From NCBI GenBank assembly GCA_973895155.1, contig OZ316891.1, forward strand, positions 10,975,875-11,039,874: a DNA stretch of 64,000 bases. The letters run 5' to 3'. Under the pieces are notes generated by a model, which saw nothing but the letters and a program-made list of their open reading frames with translations, ran no database searches and was not told where the DNA came from. Below, in pieces: positions 1 to 14,000 of the stretch. The DNA is from Marsupella aquatica. Its lineage: Eukaryota > Plantae > Marchantiophyta. The number at the start of each line of letters is the position of its first letter. Position 1 is the stretch's first letter. A program made the translations under genes and the position numbers.

Positions 1-308
1 ATCCCACTTGTCACGGAATTGTTGCGTGGATGTTCGTTTGAACGATTTCACCGTCATCAGAAGTGAAGCAAATGAATCTCCGCTGCACAACGTCGCCATG
101 TCAATCTCTGCTCAATGCGTCTTGAAGATTTGTTCCATGTCCGCAGTAATTTCACCTTATGATGTGCCTTCAGCCATTTTGTGGTTACTTGTTGCTTCGT
201 TTATTCTTCGAGTAATCAATCCCTTCTGCTCAAAGTACTTTATTTGGGCACTTCAGATCCTCCTGTGTTTGTCTAAAAAATGAAGCCAGCCTATCATAAT
301 CATACTGA

Positions 309-1355
<1,047 letters not shown>

Positions 1356-3045
1356 TTTTGGACAGGGGAGCAATGTAAACTAATTTAGGCTCCATTTCAG
1401 ACAAGGAAAATAGTAGCTGACAGGAAGGAGGGGTACTGGGAGTGAAATTATTTGGCTTTAGAAAAGAACATTTGTACAAAACATTCTTTGATTGTATATA
1501 CTCCCGAGACAGGGCGTCCAGCATAACATTTCTGTTTACTGTCTTACTTTTAATGAATACTTGACTGCAGTGTTATCTGCGTATCACTTAGATCGTGCAT
1601 CAGCAAACGGTCAACTGCATCCTGTTTGCATCCAGTTTTGAACTCTGAAAGCTAGGTGGAGAGCATCTATTCTGTCTTCAGATTTTAGCTTAGCATTCAA
1701 AAATCATGATCTCTTCTTTCTTCCCGACATACTTGCGCGGAAAGCACCTGAAGGTCCATCTGCCTCGTTGTCTCTGGAGGTTTGAAGATCCCATATGGAG
1801 TCTACTCCTGAAACTGGCGTCGCTAGTTGTGAGGTGCTCGCTACGAGTCATTTAGCTCTCGTCATCTTCTCTGCACCGCAAGGAAGACAGAACTACTAAC
1901 TCGATGAATCTATATAGCCAATTTCTTGAGGGGCATTGGGAATGACAATTTATGCAAATTATCACTGAAGCACGAGAAATACTTTCCTTCTCCAGTTTAA
2001 CGGTTCATTGGTAAACGGTTCAGCAGAGATCATACAAGATGTACATTATGTGGCAGTTTTCTTGACATGACCATGTTTTGGAACCGAATTGATGCGTCTA
2101 AAAGTCACAATTGGCCAGAGGCTGGCTAAATTGATAATTATTATGCTGGTTTTTCGCTTCTAGGCTGCTGATAAGGGATCTGCAAGTCTGGAGTCTTTGC
2201 TCTCGGAATTTAGATGTCTTAAATTCACAGAGTCTTTGCTCTACAAATTGGGAAGCCTTCAATTCACATATCTTCATTTGAAATGTCTCCAGTTCATTTT
2301 GCTAGCACGCAATGTCAGCCCACGCATGAGAAATCACGGCAGAGAGATCCGCAGGATCGTACAATCAATTTTGTGCAATGATGAGAACATGCAATCATAG
2401 GCACGTATGACAATCCGATTGCTTGAAAGGCAGTTCCTCTCCCATAGGCACGGATTACCAGCTTCCAATCGGATTGCTTGAAAAAGGTTTCTCTCTCTCA
2501 AGTGCCTGTATACCAAATGTTGAGATTTCCCTAAGCCTGACTTCAAACCAGAAGGCGTGACTTGGAAAAGAGCTCCATTTTTAATCCTGAAACGTTATAG
2601 TGTGTCTACAGTTTTCATATACACCACGTGGAGAGTAAGTCCACTGTGAGGGCATAAATATGCCAACGAGACATTGTTTCAGGCTCAATGTAGATACAGC
2701 AATGTATGAGTGAGCCACAGCTGTGCTACCGTAGTGGGACCGTCAGATCTAAAGTCAAAACCATGGAGATGATCACAGTTACACATAATGAATACAGCAG
2801 TAGTGCAATTTCCTTTTCCACCGACCAGAGCATATTGTCAAACCCAAAAGGTGGCCAACTTCAAGCCAAGGAGAGGTTCTGTGCACGATAAGTAAGTCCC
2901 CCGATGATTGAGCTGAAAGATGCAGAAGTGTGAAACTGTTGTGGTCCCAATGCAGCTGCCAAGGGAACCCTATGACGACCTGATTGCAGATTTTGCCGCT
3001 GTTACTAGTGCCACGATTGTGCTTTTGATCACTGGCATTTCAGTG

Positions 3046-3726
3046 CTAGCCGAATATGAGTTTTAGTACCACGGTTACAGTGTTGAGAGCTACCAGTGGA
3101 ACTGTAGACAAAACAAACAAGGTACCCCTCATGTTAACAAGTATTGGCCATAAAAAGTAGTTGCATAGATTTTAGTTGTTACAGAAAGTGGGAACGAATG
3201 GAAAGGCAGAGTGAAATTCTCCAGATTGTCCACTCTGCCCTAAATGACTCACACAAGTTGTACCACGTTCAAAGTTGTATGACAACGTCGTTACTATGTC
3301 CAGAATTAAGTAATACCTTGCAACAAATGGACCATACCAGACAAAGTTTGTGAAAATAGGTCGGGCGGCCTCGACAAGTGACGCAGAACATATTTTAGGT
3401 TGAAGCTTACCTCTCAAATATTGAACGGCATGAAGTAAGCCAATAATCTGACTCTTAAATGAAGACACCCTCCCATTCGACATCTCCGAGAATCCCCATC
3501 CATCTGCCAGCAAAGCAAAAGCAGCCCATTGACGACTTCATAGCTTCACTCCACACGCAATTCTCACTAACAAGAACGGCCGAAGTATAAACGGGGAGAG
3601 GAAAACGGGATAGCAAAGAAGCAGAAGGGAGGCAGACTCACGAGGAACCAGGAACCGATCTTCGTTGAGGATTGCAAGCGCGTTGGTGAGCATGAGCAAC
3701 GCCTCTAGAAACTGCCACAGGCTCAT
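3046..3726 (-). CDS. YOS1: Yos1/IER3IP1-like ER-Golgi transport protein, 77 aa, exons 3726-3642, 3503-3411, 3101-3046
   Basis: MSLWQFLEALLMLTNALAILNEDRFLVPHGWGFSEM...KSQIIGLLHAVQYLRVPLVALNTVTVVLKLIFG*; NALAILNEDRFL is the Yos1 signature; canonical splice sites; exon lengths sum to 234 nt. Confidence 0.95.
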
Positions 3727-3752
3727 GATGGCTTCCTCTCTGAACCAGCAGA

Positions 3753-3959
3753 TAGATACTCGAACAAATTGGCTGCCGGCAAAACAGGGAGCAATATCAG
3801 ATCCCCACAACTTTTTTGCTCTGAAATTTCACTTCCTTTGCCTTTCTGTAGAGAGAGATACTCGAACAAATTGGCTGCCGGCAAAACAGGGAGCAAAAAT
3901 CAGATCCCCACCAACTTTTTTCCTCTGAAATTCCACTTCCGTTGCCTTTCTGTAGAGAG
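3753..3959. repeat. ~100-bp tandem duplication in the Yos1 5' region
   Basis: Two near-identical units agatactcgaacaaattggctgccggcaaaacagggagcaa...gcctttctgtagagag. Confidence 0.9.
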
Positions 3960-4411
3960 TCGCAATCGATTCACGCAATTCGGCAGCAACACAACAGGAT
4001 TCACGAGTGTCTTTGCTTTCGACGTTCGCATACATACAATACGAGACTAATATGGTTCGAAGAGTACTGTATCGTGTTCTGCAGTGGACCAGTTGCACTA
4101 ACAAAGTTTTACATACCTTTACTGAAAGTTTAAGCTCCCGTAGGATACCCCATGACACGTTTAGACTCCCATGGTATGCATGGGACGTTCTGAGAAGCTT
4201 TAATGAGGCATTTTACTCACATATGCCACTTAATTTCAGTAGTGAATGCAAGTATCAGTGTGTGACCATTTTTGGAGGTACTTCCTATTTTCGTAAACCC
4301 CTCGTGAAGTTTTTCTTTGTATTTGTGTACCAGGTTATGAAACATCACCCCAGGTGAAGCCATTGAACCCCTGGACCAGCCAGGCCTGGGGATTATGAAA
4401 TTTGAATGAGA

Positions 4412-5939
4412 AATAGGGTAACTGCAAGTGGCAGACAGTGACGGATCAGACTTGTACTGTGTCAAACTGAACTAAATGTTGTGTAAAAATTCACTCAGGC
4501 TTTACGCTCGGTAACTCATCCCCACTTGGGGATAATGGATGTAACCCCCTCGGGCTCAGCGCCCTCTCGGATTACATCCCATTACCCCCTCTTGGGGATG
4601 GTTACCCTACACATAATCTCTTGTGTGGAAGTTGCTTTTTCCCTGACACTAATTATGTCCTGTTTTAGTACTTGCTAATCATATGATCTCTTGCCTTGAA
4701 GTAACTTTTTCCGGGACACTAATTACATACTGTAATGGAGGCCTGGGCAGGGAATCTAGTCTGAACCCAACAGCTCAGAAAAGCTTCCCCTTTACTTTAA
4801 TATGGTCATAGGGTTACACGCTAGTAACCCCATACCAGAGTGTCACTATCCTATACATCAGATACTCCCATTATCCTATACATCACATTAGTGCATCTCA
4901 ATGCTTCATTGTTACAAGTGATGGCTTTTGGCTACAGAGAGATGGCTCTAATTGACTTCATGGGGTTGTGTAAAAAGGTGTATTTTTGGTTTGTTTTCCC
5001 TGGCCTCTACGGTTCTCCCCCCTCGATTGGGTCTTTTGCCTGAGGGATCATGTCAAGGGTGGGTGCCCTTTACTTTTTGGCAGTTGGGGACATCTATGTA
5101 CAGTTACTTAGGGCCATGGCAAAAAGTTCTGGATTGTGAATTTAGAAGTCCATAACCCTAACAAACTAATTAGGGTACATTCAAATTTTGAGGTTTGGGA
5201 CACCCCATTGGATTGTTTGACAAACCCCATTGTCAAACATGCACATGCAACTTTGTTACACTTCCCAGTAGACCCCGTGCAAGCCCTGAGAGTCATGTCC
5301 GTAACATGCTAGTATTGATGGTGGCCAACTATTGCATGAGCCCATACCCATTTATCCAGGTCCAAAATGGTTAGAATATATGCAATTATTATTGAAATAG
5401 ATCAATAAATAATGTTACTGGCACATACAAAAGGTGTGATTCCTCGCAAGCATAGTTTTTTAAGATTCACAACAAGTGTTTGTATAGGGTAATGCAGGTT
5501 TGGGCGCAGAATTACTAGACTGTAACCTGCTCCCGGAATATTCAAAGAAGCTGACCGGCGACAACAAGTGTTTGTATGGGGTAATGCAGGTTTGGGCGCA
5601 GAATTACTAGGCTGTAACCTTGCGTCCAGAATATGAAAAGAAGCTGACCAGCGGCAGCCGGAAAGCTTCTTTGAATATTCCGGGAGCAGGTTACAGTCTA
5701 TAACCCCAGCCCTGCCCTGCACTAGCGTACGTAACTCCTGCCCGGAAAGAGGTTACCGGCTTGACTTTTCATGACAGCAGATTATGACTATAGGAGGCCC
5801 CTGCAGAAATAGTTACACACCGGTAACCTCTTCTCCTGACAGGAATTACACTTTTGGTAACCTGTGGGCTGCAACCCTCTCAGGCTCACGGCCCTGGGAT
5901 TACACACCATGACTCTCCGGCCCACAGGTTACCCTACAC
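4412..5939. mobile_element. Cluster of short non-autonomous hairpin-bearing repeat elements (tagggtaa...ttaccctacac termini)
   Basis: Inverted terminal motifs at ~4414/4600-4612 and ~5482/5927-5939; internal hairpins 4510-4606, 5516-5700, 5856-5933; no convincing coding ORF. Confidence 0.55.
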
Positions 5940-6971
5940 ATTTCTCCTGAGTAGACAGACCAGTTAAATACTCATGACAAACAAAACTCCAAGCCCCTTG
6001 GAAAGAAAGAAAATTACTTTTTACTAAAAAGGGCCAAACAAAAAACAAAGTAGGATGGATAAAACCAAAAGACGTTTAGAGAGGATATAGACATTCGGGA
6101 AACTCGAGAGAAGAGGGCACATGCAAAACCCACAAATCTAGAAAGAAATAAAGGACAGAAACAAAGATTTAACACTTCAGTAGGACTTAATGGTCCATAT
6201 CGTGCCATCGTCAACGTGTCGAAGTTTTATGGGCTCGAGCCCTTGGAAATCTCTTTCGTTGGAGTTTCAGCATACTAGAGAAATCAGCTCTGGATGCGCA
6301 CTGTCGGTGGATGAAGAACGACACTCGCATGTCGGAAAAGTGACCAGGGAAACGAATCCATCCCTCGATCAGCTCAGTACATTCGGATCCGAATCGATCT
6401 TCTGATTCACGATGCGCTTTGAGCGACTTGGAGATGATCGGTACGAAAATCCTCTGGCTTTTGCACCGTTTCGTCAGGGATTTGAGGATGGGAAGGTGTA
6501 CCTACCGTCCGTGTTGAGAACGCTTCAATGATTGCAAAGCTCGTTCAGGGAATGAGAGTCACTCTACTTGGAGCTTTGAGTAGCTTGTAGTTTCTTCTTC
6601 GGAGCAAGGGATGAGCGCGGGCAGATTGCGGGCAGAACCTGGGCTTGAGTCCCTGATTGACAAATTACAGTCCATGTGGACTGTGCTTCATCGCGCCGAG
6701 TTTAGGTCTGCCATTATCACTTCGCAATGCCGTGTCTCGTCCCTCCTTTATAACACAGACCATGACTTTCTCGATTGCGGTCGTTTTGGTAGTGCCATTG
6801 CCTTCATTTGGCAGTGACAATTCATGAAGAGTTTAATCCACGCGATAGTCATACGTTAAACTCGGAATGTTGTACTGTCACAACCAGTCGTAGAAGCACA
6901 ATTTGTTGATTTTCCGATACTCATCCCAGGTTGAAGAACGAGATTTCGAGCAATCTCATGTTTAATTGGAA

Positions 6972-8914
6972 ATGGCAGGGAAAAATAAATTGATTGTTTT
7001 TGATTTGTCATCTGTGGCAGGCCATCAGCTAGGTCGTCGTCCCACCGTTGCAGCATCTGGGAGATCCCTGGACGAAATTGATGTTCGAGAGGAACCGGAA
7101 GAGACTATAATTGAAGTGATCACCATGGCACGGGATTTGAGAGGAGATTTAATAGGAAAGATAGTTCTGGTGACAGGAGCGTCGTCCGGAATTGGCAAGG
7201 AGCTGGCACTGGCGTTGGCCAAGGCTGGATGCTATGTGGTGGCTGCTGCACGGCGACGAAAGAATTTAGAGTCGCTTCGCGATGAGATTGAGAGTTGGAG
7301 TAGTACCACCAGCACCAGCACCTCTTCATGCGATGGAGTGGGGAAGGTCGCCATTGTGTCTTTGGATGTCAGCGCGGACGAACCTGCCATCGACGCCGCT
7401 GTAGAGACTGCGTGGAATGCATTCGGCGCTATCGACGTTCTGGTCAATAACGCGGGCATCAGAGGTACGTGACTTTATGGTTCTGGGAGTTGGAAAGTTG
7501 GAAAGGAAGAACAGGTATGGGGTCAAAAGTGGTCTCAATTGTAACCAACTAATCAAAGTTTCAAAACAAGGAATGTGAAGGAAAACAGAAAGATTGTACA
7601 AGAATTTATTTGCATCCATGTTTGGACCCGCATGAGAAAACCTTCCAAAGGGATGCTCTCCATGAGTGACAAATTCTCTCTCCATGAGTGACAAATTCTA
7701 CGAAAAGGCCAACCGGCTAACTCCGCGAGAGCCATACTACATGACAGACAGATTCGAGAGATAAACCTTATAACCCGATGACAGAAACTCCGTGAGAGAC
7801 AAACCACATGAGAGACAAATTCCGCTTTGTCACGCCACGATTCCTCAAGTCTTGAGATGAGACACAAATTCTCCGAACCGTTGTTCTGTTCATTCTTGAG
7901 GCCCTGCTTGCATGCTTTTGGAGATATCAACTCCCGCACAGAAACATGTGTTCCCAAGGATTTACTGAATCGAAATTCTCTAAGGCAAAATTTTGCTCAA
8001 TCAACTATAGCCGTTGTACCAAAAGTTGATATCAACATTCGGATGTGTCACAACCAGTCAGTTTTTTTTCTTAAAGAGTATCTGATCACTTCTACCGTAG
8101 CCATAGTGATAACTGATTGCTCTCATGTCAGCTGGATACAATGTTTACTGTAATTCTTGCTCACACCATATATCTCAATCATGTCTACTGAGGCAGGGAC
8201 CACCACCGGTGCAATTGAGCTAGACGAGGCTGAATGGAAGAATGTCATGGATACTAATCTAAAAGGTCCATGGCTAATGGGTAAGGCTGTCGGGAGAAGG
8301 ATGCAGTCAACAAAAAGAGCTGGTTCCATCGTCACCATTACATCCACGGCAGGTCTACACAGGAGTTTATTGCCAGGTGGCGTTGCATATGGAACATCCA
8401 AAGCCGCTGCTAATCATCTGACGAAGGTATGTGACAGTATACAGTCTAGAAGTAAATATAATTGAGTTATAGAGAGCTTGTAGAAGACACTCTGCTTCAA
8501 AGTTTCGGAATTTTTGCAGCTATCTATTTGTCCAAAAATCCGATTCAGTTGATGCATGACCGTACTCTGATGATTAACAACTCTGTCTTGAACAAGTCGT
8601 AAGGTAGCTTACGGAGGTATCTTTTCATTGTGCAGATCTTGGCTTTGGAGCTCGGACAGTGCAACATCCGAGTGAATGCTATAGCTTCAGGGATGTTCAA
8701 CACAGAGATCACAGAGAATCTCTTTGCCAAGGATTGGATGAAAGTAGTAGCTCAGAAGTTGGTCCCCATGCGTCGATGGGGTGTTATAAATCCAGACTTG
8801 ACCTCTCTGGTATTTCTTTTGTGTAGTGATTATTCTTCCTATATCACTGGGAACGTGTTTATAGTGGATGGAGGGCAAAGTCTTCCATCCGTTCCCATTT
8901 GGTCTTCCCTCTAG
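6972..8914 (+). CDS. Short-chain dehydrogenase/reductase (classical SDR, FabG-like), probably peroxisomal; exons 6972-7464, 8197-8426, 8636-8914
   Basis: TGASSGIG Rossmann motif, NNAG, YGTSK (YxxxK), IRVNAI, VDGG; C-terminal SSL is a PTS1-type tripeptide; GT-AG introns in phase. Start could be a later Met. Confidence 0.93.
7630..7875. repeat. Short-motif array (atgagtgacaaa/gagacaaa) in SDR intron 1, probable TE remnant
   Basis: Several (roughly 7-8 by eye) copies of G(A/T)GACAAA-like motif including an exact tandem ctctccatgagtgacaaattct. Confidence 0.6.
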
Positions 8915-10323
8915 AGTTCATATTAGATGATAGACAGATTGAGACCATCAGGAGCATACGTTCTAAAAGCATCCTTCAAAACAGAAGAGGTAGCAGAAAG
9001 CGGCGTAAGGGCCACATTTAATGCTCGTCCGTTGTATATAATTTGAGTGCAGTAGGTGACATGTTTTTTCCACGGTTTCAAGGGACTTGGGACAGAGAGT
9101 TTGATGCGGTTTTGAGGTGGAAAAGCCTTTCATTCCCAACTGAAGGCTATCAAACAGCTGACTGTTGTCATTTGGAAGTTATCCGTATGTACAGTTGCAT
9201 ACAATAGCAAATTAATTTTTTGGAGACAATTCAACCAAGTATGTAAAGTGAAAGCGAACCACTGCTATCTGGGATCTTCTGGCTGCAAGCTTTGTTTTGG
9301 AGATGGTTTGTTTCACCTATTGCACTTGGGAAACTCCATGGAAGCAGATCAATGCAGGCATCGCCAGTTTGCCACTGCTTTGCTGCATTTAGAATTTGAC
9401 CTTGAGATTCGGAGCAGATCCGGAGTTGGGGTTGAGAGTTTAACTAATTACCGTTAGTGCACGCTGAAGTTGAGCCATCAATACTCAAAGCCCAAAAAAC
9501 CGGAATCAAATTCTAACTCGTCTAAATTGTAGAATTGAACGTGAGGCAGAAAAGACAAGTGTCAGTCAAGGAAAGTGATGGAATGTCCTCTCCACCGGTA
9601 ATTTCGGTAAAACCCTTGAATACACTATGAATCACTTTCATACGTGCATACATTGTGTTAAGTTTTTTACTCCCTATTCCTTCATGTATTGAGCAGAAGC
9701 CCACCCCCGTACAATTATGCCATTTCGCCTAATGATAGTATTATTTCTATCTATCTGTGCACTACAATCAACGGTTTGTTTTTGTAAATGCTACCTCTGA
9801 ATGTGAGTGGGCAACAAAAGTCTTCGAAAAAGGCATGGGCAAAAGTAGCAGTCTGATTTATCACTAGTTTCTAAGTGACTGTTCAATTAATCGAAAGAGA
9901 GCTGCACGAGCAAAAATGGCAGGTCATGCCAATCGATGAACAAAGCGCTACACATGCTGCTGACTACAATAGTATACTGGCACAGCATTCACAGAATTTT
10001 GAAATAGTCTAGTTTGTAAAGCCCTGAATGTATGAAAGTTTAGATGAGAACTGACTAGGTATTCTCCTGTATAGCTATTACATAAAATCCATTTACGGCT
10101 ATCAAACTATGGATGAGTAAATACAATATGGCAATTTCGTTCCATTTGCACAATGATTTGTGAATGTCTACTTCAACTGGGCAACACTCCTGATATTAGT
10201 GTTGCCTACATAAATTCTGTCAGGAAGGCAGGTTACATGTAAGCATTTCTGGAGGTCCTTCCTATTCCCATAATATGTTGCCCCCAAGTAACCTTTTTCC
10301 GGACAGAAAGTACTCACTAGAAT

Positions 10324-10436
10324 CATGTCTGGGCAGGGGTTCTAGCCTGAACCCTGCTCCAAGAAAGCTCAGAAAACCTGACCTACAGGGCAGGGTTCAG
10401 GCTAGAACCCTTGCCCAGACATGCATTATCCTACAC
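10324..10436. repeat. Near-perfect 34-bp inverted repeat followed by cattatcctacac; same repeat family as 4412-5939
   Basis: 10324-10357 vs 10390-10423 match 33/34 as reverse complements. Confidence 0.85.
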
Positions 10437-10985
10437 ATTGTGGCCTTTCTTCCTCTAGACTCTCCAGCTTTCCTTGTTCTCACCTGTGCTTCTTTTGCAG
10501 ATGCGAATGTCACAACAAGAGTAAGCTCCTTCCAATTGCTGCTATTCTGGGGGTCTCTAAATCAATCCCTAAACATGAGCTCTAGTGCGGCTCATGGCCA
10601 AAAGCCTCAAAACTGCTGGATGCTCTAAGTGGTACCCTACAGCAACATTCCTCACAATACCCAAAAGTGAAATGGCACATAGCCAACCCTGCCCCCACAT
10701 GAAATTAATGCATAACTTTTTCAGTCAGAAATGTCATGTGTGATTTGTCCCTTTGTATTTTTTAGGGCATTCTGGGAGCATAATGCCGGGTCAAGATCTG
10801 GATCACCTCTTTGGGAGATTCTCCTAAGTCCACTTTAACTCTGAAGCTTTTAAGTGTGTAATAAGGTCCTGTTTCCGGAGCATTATATACCTTAATGCCC
10901 TCTAAACAAGAGTTTACCATCACTGGATCTCAACTCGTGAATTTTGAAATTTAAGACACCCTAGATACTCTACTAGTGAGTCGAG

Positions 10986-11014
10986 TGTAGTGTAGTGTAG
11001 TGTAGTGTAGTGTA
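10986..11014. repeat. (TAGTG)n pentanucleotide microsatellite
   Basis: Direct reading gtagtgtagtgtagtg..., just upstream of a GC-rich putative first exon. Confidence 0.9.
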
Positions 11015-14000
11015 GACCCTTAGCCTAATTGTACCCCTAACCAAACTGTCCGGTACAAACGAACCGGGGTCACGAGCGGCTGGGGGGCAGCGGCCCTCCG
11101 CCGAAGGAACAGCCTTTCACGTACGTTACGTTGTTACGTTGTTAGGGTCCGAGCGAGGTGCAGAGGAAAAGGAAGACGAGAAGTGCTCCCGGTGGGCGAC
11201 CCGGATCAGGAGGGCCCGGCGGTGGTGGAGGAGGGTGGTGGTGGCCGGCTATGGCTGCATTGCGCCTGGCATTCTGTTCAGGTCCTTCTGGAGCGCAGAA
11301 GCGGAGAGGATTGCGCGGCATGAAGAGGATCCGGAACTGGACGACCCCGAGGTCGTGATTGGGGAGAGCGGAGGAAGCAGGGAAGCTGCTGCTGGCGTGT
11401 ATGGTAATTTTCGTGGCGAGGAGAGTCGGATAAGGCTCGGAATTGGAGCCGAATCTGGCTTGTGAAAGGTGAATCTGATATCTGTTCTGGACGGACTCCA
11501 TCTTCGCCCTCTGCAAGGTGTTTTTCTTTGCTTTTTCTCATGTCTGTGATGACTTATCCTTCCCTTTCGACTTTTCGTGCCCTTCCTTTGTCTGCCTCGA
11601 GCATGGTAGCAGCAAAATAATCTTGTTTTGTTCTGGTACCCTGTTACCTAAGCCGTTCCGCTAGCATTCAAAAGAAGTTTGGATCCAGTTGGCATGCCGG
11701 GTGGCTCGCTTGTCCTGCACCTTTACGTTGCGATTCTTGTTAGCGTCACGTGTTGTGTTGGTGGATTGCGCAAGCCTTTCTTCTTTCTGCTCTCTTCTTT
11801 CTTCGTTCTTTACCGGTTTGTCGTGGGCTTCTCACTCTTAGTGCGGACTGAGGAGGGTTTTTTCATCATTTTATTGAAATCATTTACCTTCGTCTTTCCC
11901 TGTTCACTGATTTGGTGGTAGTCATGACCGGATTTTCCTCGACGGTTGCTTGAAGTGCTTAGCGACAGTGTTCCTTCATACAAGTAAGTGCCAGATGTTC
12001 TTTCTGGTCTTTTCTTTCGGACTCATACGCTTTACCTTTCAGATTCAGGATTACCTCTACTTCAAGTGAGGAAGAGGCCGGGCAGCTAGCCTGTCGCGAG
12101 CTTGGAGATTGATGACTCATTAGCGTTCGAGGACTCGCGACCGCTTTTCGCTCAATTGTGGACTGCTTGTGTGGATCGTTCTCTCTGCTGATTGCGTGAG
12201 GCATAGTTTAGAGCCCTACATTCGGCTCAGTCGATCAATGCCAGCTTGTGGAGAGGCTTTGCCTTAGCAAATCTACGGTTGCGTTAGTTGTCTTGGGTAT
12301 GCTGTACCTTAGCGGAGAAGTGCAGTCCTCGGGGGCAGTTTAGGTGAGCAGAGGTGACGTCGTTTTGTTGTTGTCTGACGGTGGTAATGAATGGCACTGT
12401 AGGCTACGGAATGCGTGATCTGGACGAAGCATCAATATATTTGTCCGTTGTTCCAAGATTTCTATGTGTTCTTTTCGTGCGAATGGTTGCGTTGGTGCCT
12501 TCGTTTATATCCGCTGTGAAGGTGAGGCGCGGATCGGGAGGCTGCCAGTGACACTGATCTTTCCACCCTTCTGGAATCGCCATTTTAGGGCAAAGGGGGG
12601 AGTGTTGTCATGGAAACAGATGGACCTCTTTCTCTTCGGAGGCAACACTAGTAGTAGTTGTGGAACCCTTCCACTTAGGGTTCCATGGGGCTATCTTCAA
12701 AAATCTCCAGTCCCCTCTCGTCTACGCGGCTCGAGGAGCCTTAGTCGCTTGAAGGTGAACACTATGGTATCATCCTCCTGGCCCCACTATCACAATTTCC
12801 GTCATGGTAGATGCATTCCCCCGCTACCGTCAGTCGGTTGCTCTATTCCTGTCTATGGCCGAGAGTTCTCATTCCGATTAGCGTGACGTCAAAGGCAAGC
12901 GCCCGAAGCTATTCAAAGCTGCCGAGTCTGTCAGCCTCTGGAATTGGATTTGATGCAAGTGTGGGAAGGAAAGTCATTCGAAGAAGCCGCGAAAGATTGC
13001 TATCCCAGTCATTACATCATCATTCGATCATCTTAGTTGCGCTTCCTCTCACGATCGTCGGTCGTTCTGTCGTACATGCCTTCGACGTAGTTGCGAGTCG
13101 CGACTTTGCCAGTCAGTTTGGAGAAGGCGTCATGAACTCTTCTATCTCAATGCCCTTTCACTAGACCCTTGAATCTCTTAGCTGACAGGGCTTTATGTCT
13201 TATCCTATGAGTTCATCATCTCGCAGCTTGGTCGACCTAACTTCGTTGGACATGTTAGAAGTTGTCCTACCAACATTAGTCTATCCTGAGAAATCAAGTG
13301 GGGAAAGGACAGGCGTGGAATTCCTTTAGGGTTACGTTTGGAGTTACCTTCCAGAACGGTCATAGGAAATTGCACGAAGTGATGAAAATTTAGAAATCGA
13401 ATTTTTGGAGTGCGTAAGCAAACGACCGAGTGATATGGGAGCTGTTACGTTCCGGAATTGAGATTTCCTGATGCACTGGGCCGTGTCTACGTGCCACTTG
13501 ATGTATGTCTAACGATGGAAGAGAGCTGAGTGAGAGGCGGGTATAAATCTTCCTGCATTTAGTCATTTCTTGTACATCTTCAGTTTCTTGGTTTTCTCGA
13601 CGGTGCATTTTCTTGATCTGGACGGGTGCTGCGCAAACGTCTCCCGATGCAAAGATTTGCAGTGAACTCGCTTGTTCAAACCTATCAATCACACAAGTTG
13701 TTGGTGTCCAATTTCCTACTATGAAGTTGAACTGGCTTCCCATGCTACGAAACCTCCCTTCTCGATTGGTCCACTTCAGTAGCTTTGAAATTCTTTTGCT
13801 GACGACCATGCTACTATCCGGTGAATGCTTCTGACGGCTGTTCTTCTGCGATGCAGATCAAGCTGATGGAGATCAAGCTATGACAGTGAACAGAAAGCTA
13901 AGCCTATGAGATTGGACCCACATTCATTCACTTCGGTAAATTGCTGAAGAAGGGGAATACAACATATGTTCTTCTTGTCTTCAATCTCTGGGGCGGTGGC

